Shown here piece after piece: positions 15,067-15,813 of a DNA stretch of 15,813 bases (its first letter is position 1; each line of letters starts with the position of its first letter). The stretch covers positions 1-15,813 of the forward strand of contig CAYRPF010000010.1 of NCBI GenBank assembly GCA_964426185.1, in the 5' to 3' direction. The notes under the pieces are model-generated. The model was not told the origin of the DNA. It made no database searches and saw only the letters and a list, made by a program, of their open reading frames with translations. The position numbers and the translations under genes are program-made. This stretch comes from an uncultured archaeon (GTDB taxonomy: Archaea > Asgardarchaeota > Lokiarchaeia > Sigyniarchaeales > Promethearchaeaceae).

Positions 15067-15545
15067 TAATTTCCTTCTCCAATAGCGATATTCGATAGCA
15101 AATCAGTTAATTTAGTGAAATACTTGCTTAAACGATAAAAATAATAACCTAATTTTGAAATTCGTTTACTATGGGATAGAAGCATAAATTGACTTTCATC
15201 TGAGGTAGTAATTATTGTATATCCATCTTCTCCTGTAATTACAATTTGATTCAATTTTCCGTAATTTAATCCCTCAGAAACTTTACTTGCTAAAGAAACT
15301 AGAGTTGCTGGTGATGCAGAATGCTGATCTACATCCGTACGAGCATGAGTCGAACTCGCAATACGCAGTCCAGTTTTTGTAACTAGTGCAGTTCCTTCTA
15401 AATCCGTAGAACTTTCAAGAGCTTCAAGCATTCGATGAAGATCATGTTGTAAATCGTCATCAAGATCTATTTCTGACATCTCTATTTTACCTAGGTTATT
15501 ATATACATTAATTATTTTGCTTAAAGAAATTTGTTTCGAATCCAA
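15063..15545 (-). CDS. Roadblock/LC7 (MglB/LAMTOR2-like) domain protein
   Basis: LEGTALVTKTGLRIASS...SASPATLVSLASKVSEGLNYGKLNQIVITGEDGYTII...KLGY matches the Robl_LC7 pattern. The likely start is ATG 15479 (MSEIDL), not TTG 15545. Its stop overlaps the selB stop by 4 nt. Confidence 0.85.
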   Translation of the reverse strand: MDSKQISLSKIINVYNNLGKIEMSEIDLDDDLQHDLHRMLEALESSTDLEGTALVTKTGLRIASSTHARTDVDQHSASPATLVSLASKVSEGLNYGKLNQIVITGEDGYTIITTSDESQFMLLSHSKRISKLGYYFYRLSKYFTKLTDLLSNIAIGEGNY

Positions 15546-15602
15546 TTTTATAGGATAAGTTTCCTAAGATTTTAATAGGATCAAAAAAAGAATAAAATAA
15601 TC

Positions 15603-15813
15603 ATGAAAATCAAACATCAAATGGTTTATCTGATGCTTATATGCATTATTTCGAGTATTTATCTAGTTCCAATAATTTCTGGGGCTGATAATTCCCAAAA
15701 TATTGCACGGAATCAAGATTCACTTTCATATAATTTAAGATACAATATCTTTGATTCAAATGGAGAAGTATATTTTTATCCAGTTGGGATTGTATCAACC
15801 GAAGTTGGTGGCT
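15603..15813 (+). CDS. 5' part of a secreted or cell-surface protein (partial, runs off the window)
   Basis: Open from ATG 15603 to the window end: MKIKHQMVYLMLICIISSIYLVPIISGADNSQNIARNQDSLSYNLRYNIFDSNGEVYFYPVGIVSTEVGG, with a Sec-type signal peptide pattern. Confidence 0.7.
   Translation, partial: MKIKHQMVYLMLICIISSIYLVPIISGADNSQNIARNQDSLSYNLRYNIFDSNGEVYFYPVGIVSTEVGG

Noticed and set aside
1-15813. tRNA-Sec, other RNA genes, CRISPR arrays or IS elements
   Set aside because: Intergenic gaps are short and AT-rich. No cloverleaf, repeat-spacer array, transposase or terminal inverted repeats were seen by eye; tRNAscan-SE/Infernal would be needed to exclude small RNAs.

Overview
AT-rich, gene-dense archaeal window. 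The gene mix (archaeal/eukaryal-type SelB, Roadblock/LC7 protein, Zn-ribbon plus CdvA-like coiled-coil protein, KH-less beta-CASP nuclease) points to an Asgard archaeon, probably Lokiarchaeia-like; this is inference. Left to right: the 3' end of a + strand gene; a minus-strand block with a DUF47/PhoU-like gene, two ABC ATPases, a fused two-repeat CysT/ModB-type permease and a membrane-anchored solute-binding protein; a purine-salvage operon (mtnP-hpt-ade); a divergent beta-CASP ribonuclease; a CoA-type Nudix hydrolase; a small basic Zn-finger protein; an uncalled 45-48 aa membrane peptide ORF; a Zn-ribbon/CdvA-like protein; selB; a Roadblock/LC7 gene; and the 5' end of a secreted protein. The most notable signal is in the two ABC ATPases. 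One has lost its A-loop, Q-loop and H-switch residues, the other has lost its LSGGQ signature. In a heterodimer all these defects fall on one ATP site, so this looks like a type-I importer with one consensus and one degenerate site. Its binding protein resembles the SBP half of bacterial SBP-vWA proteins. MTAP also carries a Zn-ribbon inserted beside its catalytic DxD loop. No rRNA, tRNA, CRISPR array or mobile element was recognised.
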